Source: Eukaryota sp. TZLM1-RC
Lineage: Eukaryota > Protista > Metamonada: BaSk clade
Direction of reading: 5' to 3'
Assembly: GCA_040285825.1 (NCBI GenBank)
Contig: JAUPSS010000007.1
Span: 210,501 to 274,500, forward strand
Length of the DNA stretch: 64,000 nucleotides
In this document: positions 60,054 to 64,000 of the stretch, one piece after another
Numbering within the stretch: the first letter of the stretch is position 1
Layout of the letters: every line of letters starts with the position of its first letter
Program-made: the position numbers and the translations under genes
The notes under the pieces: generated by a model
What the model was told of the DNA's origin: nothing
Seen by the model: only the letters and a program-made list of their open reading frames with translations
Database searches by the model: none

Positions 60054-60900
60054 CTATGTTTTTATTATCAAATTGTAGAGTCTCTTTTGCTTGTAAATAA
60101 AAGCTTGCATTTTATGAATTCTCCACAAGTCCAGACCGTAAATGTCAATTGTCAAAAAAACTTGCCGAAGTTTGGCCACCACAAAGTTGGAAAAATCCAT
60201 AAAGGTTGCTGAATTGGCAGCAAACGCGGATAATTCGGAGTTCGCATCTTCAATTGTTATTTCGTTAGACTCTATCATTTGGCTCTGGTCGTAATCTACC
60301 TCTACCTCAGTATAATTTGTCGACCATCGTTTCTGTTTTTCATTCATCCTACTTTTCAAAGAACAGGACATTTGAGTCATTCTCCATCACTTGAATTTCT
60401 TGTTTTCATTCATCACCCGACTATATTTATTGGTCCTTCTCTCATTGAGGAACCTTGGCTTGTTCTTGATCTGTTTTTTTACTCCCAAAATTCAATAAAT
60501 CATGTTTTCCACAAACAACAATTCGTTTGTCTTGAAAAGTATCAACATCAACATTCTCTATATAAATCATAAATACTAGCCTTGTTGTCTGGCTTACATT
60601 TCTGATCTTGTAAATCCCGACGAACAAATTCTACTGCAATATTAAATCCAGCTGTGTGGATAATGTTGTTGAATTAATAGCTCCTCTGTTTGAACATTGG
60701 TTGGTTTAAATCAATAATATTAGACCAAAAGTCAAATTGCTCAGGTGGTTTGATTCTATGGACTTGGGCTTGGTTGTTGATCTTTTTTAATCTCTGATTG
60801 GGCAAACAATCATCCATCAATGTTTGTTCAATAAATGTCCATAATGTTCTCGCATGGTTTGCAAAAAACCAGGACCATTATTGGTTGATATAGGGGTAAT
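60054..60900 (-). pseudogene. Probable Fanzor1 (TnpB-derived) nuclease relic
   Basis: Stitched minus frames: FWSNIIDLNQPMFKQRSY*FNNIIHTAGFNIAVEFVRR; YIENVDVDTFQDKRIVVC(--)GKHDLL; ELSAFAANSATFMDFSNFVVAKL...YGLDLWRIHKMQAFIYKQK. These follow the order of Fanzor1 motifs (F...I.TDG, RuvC-I DPG, ELS...F..Y...K...Y....R..K...Y...Q+). Confidence 0.6.
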
Positions 60901-63484
60901 CTGATATGGTTTCTTTTAATTTTTGTTTTAATGTGAAATTACTCGTTTTATAAGAAAAAAGTGTTGATTATTCACAAATTTCTATCATAAATTTGCAATT
61001 TACAGCAAAAAGATTTAAATTGATACTTTACCAGCCGAACTCTCCTCAATCTTGGTTTTAGTCTTGCGATGTATTCCCTTTCAAAACACCTTCTTCTCAA
61101 CTTTCCTATTTGACACTATTGTTGAGTGTAACACCAATGAGATTGGAAGTCCCCACATCCCAACAAATCCCCTTCTTTGTTTCCCACACGCCTGTCTTTG
61201 CAGAGAATGACCCTTGTTTGTATTGAAAAAAGATCTCACCTTTGAAACTCAATGTGATCTTCGTTGATTTCCTTTACGTTCTCTTTTTCCCTTTCAGTTG
61301 ATCATAAGGGTTTGATATCTTTTCCCTTTCGTTGACGCAGGTTTTATTGAGTATGACATTGGATTCATTGCTATAAATCATCATAATTATTTCTGTGCAT
61401 TCCAGATGATTTTCACTATCATGGGATACCATGCTTCAGAAGGATGAGTTTTTGGCTTTTGTGGGAATTGAACCCATGACCTTGGCTTTGGAAGCATATT
61501 AACTTTAATCATTAGAATCTATATTTGATAATTGTGGTGTTCGAGACAATCTGTTGAACATTTCATTATTATTTTTAGTTTTGTTTCCAAGAAGATTTAC
61601 CTGGTCAGGTTGCACTTTTTCTCAAAATTATTCAATTGTATTCATTCAATTTTTAAATTGGTTTATTGGAATATCTTCTTTGATGAGCAATAGTGGAATC
61701 TTTTATAAAGAATAAGGGTTTTGTAATACGTTCAAGTGCCTAGTTTTAGTTGTTTTTATCAATTCAAATACAGAGTCTCTACCAAATATTGAGAGTAATT
61801 CTGTATATCTTGAGTCTCTATTCATAAATACATAAACGACTGAGTAATCATCAATCATTCAGTTTTTAACTGTTTGAAGTTGATTACAGTCAAGAAAGAT
61901 CTGATCACGTGTGTCTGTGTAGTCTATATGTTTTTGGATCTTTATAGGTTTAATACTATTATTATCCACACTTTACAAAGAGTTTCATATTGATCTTGTA
62001 TAATTACTCTGCAGTTACTTCTGTATGCTGGAGCTAATTCGAAACATTTGTCAATTCTGATGACTTCAAGACATTCTACTGAACAGGTTTTCATACATAA
62101 TCGCCTGCTTGTTTAGACGCATGACTCATTCTCTTGGTATTTTTTAGGTGGATGCTGAAGAATTTCATACAGGAGGTCCAAAAAAAGTTGCACATCTTTG
62201 AAATTGTGTAGTTTTAAGCTGCGCTTGTAGTGGCCAAACTTTTTCAAAACGGAGACAAACAGCTTCAAGATTGTGTGAAGAATTAGTTAGTATTCTTTCA
62301 TCAGTTAATTATTTCGTAATAACGCAAGAAGATCACTTACATCTTTGGAACGGAGGAAACTTTTCTGATCAACCAGTACTGTCTCAATAGTATCATCGAA
62401 AAGGTCGATAAAAGTCAGCTTCAATATACCAAAAGTCTTATTACATTATTTTTCAAAGTATCTGTAACTATGAGCTCTGCAAGTTCAGAGTCTGTTATTC
62501 GTTCAACGACGGCTGATAGGCAATGATTATCCCATTGAAAGATATGACCTTTTCTTTTTTTTTGTTTTATTTTTTGTTTTTATTTTAATTTTTCTTGGGT
62601 TCGTTATTAGCACCCATACTAATCACTTTACCACCTGGATGAACATATGACTTGAAAAAATTACCACACACTACATGGTTAATAGCTTTACCTTCAAAAT
62701 CAACGGTAACTATAGTAGTCAGTTACATTTTCCCTAGCTAGAGAACTCGGTAAAATTAAATCTGATCTTTTAGTCTGTTGAAGGATTCAACGATCACTTT
62801 TTTGCCTTTGTAAACTTTTCAAAATAATTCAAAACAGGAAAATACAGTATTTTTAACTATTAAACCAACCGCCAAAAGCTTAATTGGTACAAACTAATTT
62901 AAATATCCAATGGCGATTAGGAATCGTTTCCACTTTGTTAAGACATTTTGATGGATTTAAAATGACTTAAAATTAGTGGAAACTGGTTCATTTTGAAAAG
63001 AATTTGTGAAAAAATGCAAAGGTCAGTGTGGGAAGCAAGAAAGTTATTATTCCAGCCATAGTCAGTAAACACGCTTAACACGTTTTAACATTGTTCAACG
63101 GTTGAACTTCAACCTCAATATGAAATTTTATAAATTAAAGTTTATTAATCAATTTTAACTACACTCAAAGCCATCCAGATCTTTTCATTGACCAAATCCT
63201 TCTTCACTACTAACATTATGCTATATCTTCTATTTCAATTTCACTATGGCAAACTATTTTGTATCAGTTTGTTGCTTTTCGTTCACTAAACATAAACAAA
63301 TAACAGAAGTTTATGAACGGAATGAAAGAAATCAAAGAAAATAAAAGCTGATACAATTTAAACTAACGATCACGTGATGTACTTTCCAGAATAGGAAGGT
63401 CACGTTTAGCTACTGCTGACACCGCCTTCTCTTTCTCTTTCTTCGGGTTTAGTGGAGAGTTTCTTGAATGTGATGTAGACAGTA

Positions 63485-64000
63485 CTACTGCGCATCATCA
63501 GCCACAATACGCTTTACTTCAGCCGACTTTTCACGCAAATGTCGTTGTCCACTCACTGATAACCATTTATACTCGGAGTGGGTTAACGTGTTGTTGATTT
63601 GCGTATACAATTCATACAATCTCTCTATAACTAAAAAGTGTGTATAAAATCTTGTAACTGTCAGTTTTTTCGGAGCTCCAATTCTTTTCATCAGCTTCTT
63701 AGTAAAAGGTTTATCTAATACGAAATTGACCCCCAATGCAGCTTTTTGAAACAACATTTCAAGTGATTGAAGTCTATGTTTGGAATCAGCAGTACATCTA
63801 TCTTTGAGAAAAAAATTTAATGTGTGAATAGCACAACGAATCCCGCAAATATGTTGGTATTTTTCTGCTTGATTGATGGCAGCGTTTAAATAATAAGAAG
63901 CTCTGTCAGTTATAACAAAATTAATATATGTAGGGCCGATTTGTTGAATACCATCATTGAATAATTTTGTTAAATAACTATCACTTTTTCGTTCATCGCG
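63485..64000 (-). mobile_element. hAT-like (DUF659-type) transposase fragment running off the window
   Basis: QQIGPTYINFVITDRASY...IRCAIHTLNFFLKD...TRFYTHFLVIERL. Confidence 0.75.

Noticed and set aside
60442-60627. GIY-YIG nuclease suggested by 'VGIYKI'
   Set aside because: No YIG/R/E motifs follow. The GIY arises in an off-frame segment of the Fanzor-like relic.

Overview
AT-rich eukaryotic (protist-like) genomic DNA. The genetic code is standard: intact genes end in TAA, TAG or TGA. Spliceosomal introns are very short (29-32 nt). Intact host genes are RFC1, a cation/Ca2+ exchanger, tRNA-Ser(UGA), a PIN/Asteroid-like protein, a RING/B-box TRIM-like E3, a BTB protein, a pseudokinase-TLDc protein, a small secreted beta-protein and a coiled-coil protein ending in a degenerate tyrosine-recombinase domain. 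Three further genes relate to ADP-ribosylation: an R-S-E-type ART, a PARP1 sensor-only protein and a PARP catalytic-only protein. The rest is pseudogenes (eIF4G-like, RCC1/LRR, a second TRIM copy in a 3.4-kb inverted duplication) and many transposon relics. These include a pogo DD35D element abutting the tRNA, a gag-only LTR element plus a solo LTR, a MULE>hAT>hAT nest with exact TSDs, CRE-like non-LTR 3' ends, IS630/Tc1 and RNase H remnants, and a probable Fanzor1 relic. The best leads are the TRIM paralogues with loop-restricted hypervariability in a ThuA/GATase-like domain, the domesticated tyrosine recombinase, the Fanzor relic, the split PARP modules and the 1.1-kb gag-only retroelement. 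All family assignments come from motif recognition by eye, not database searches.
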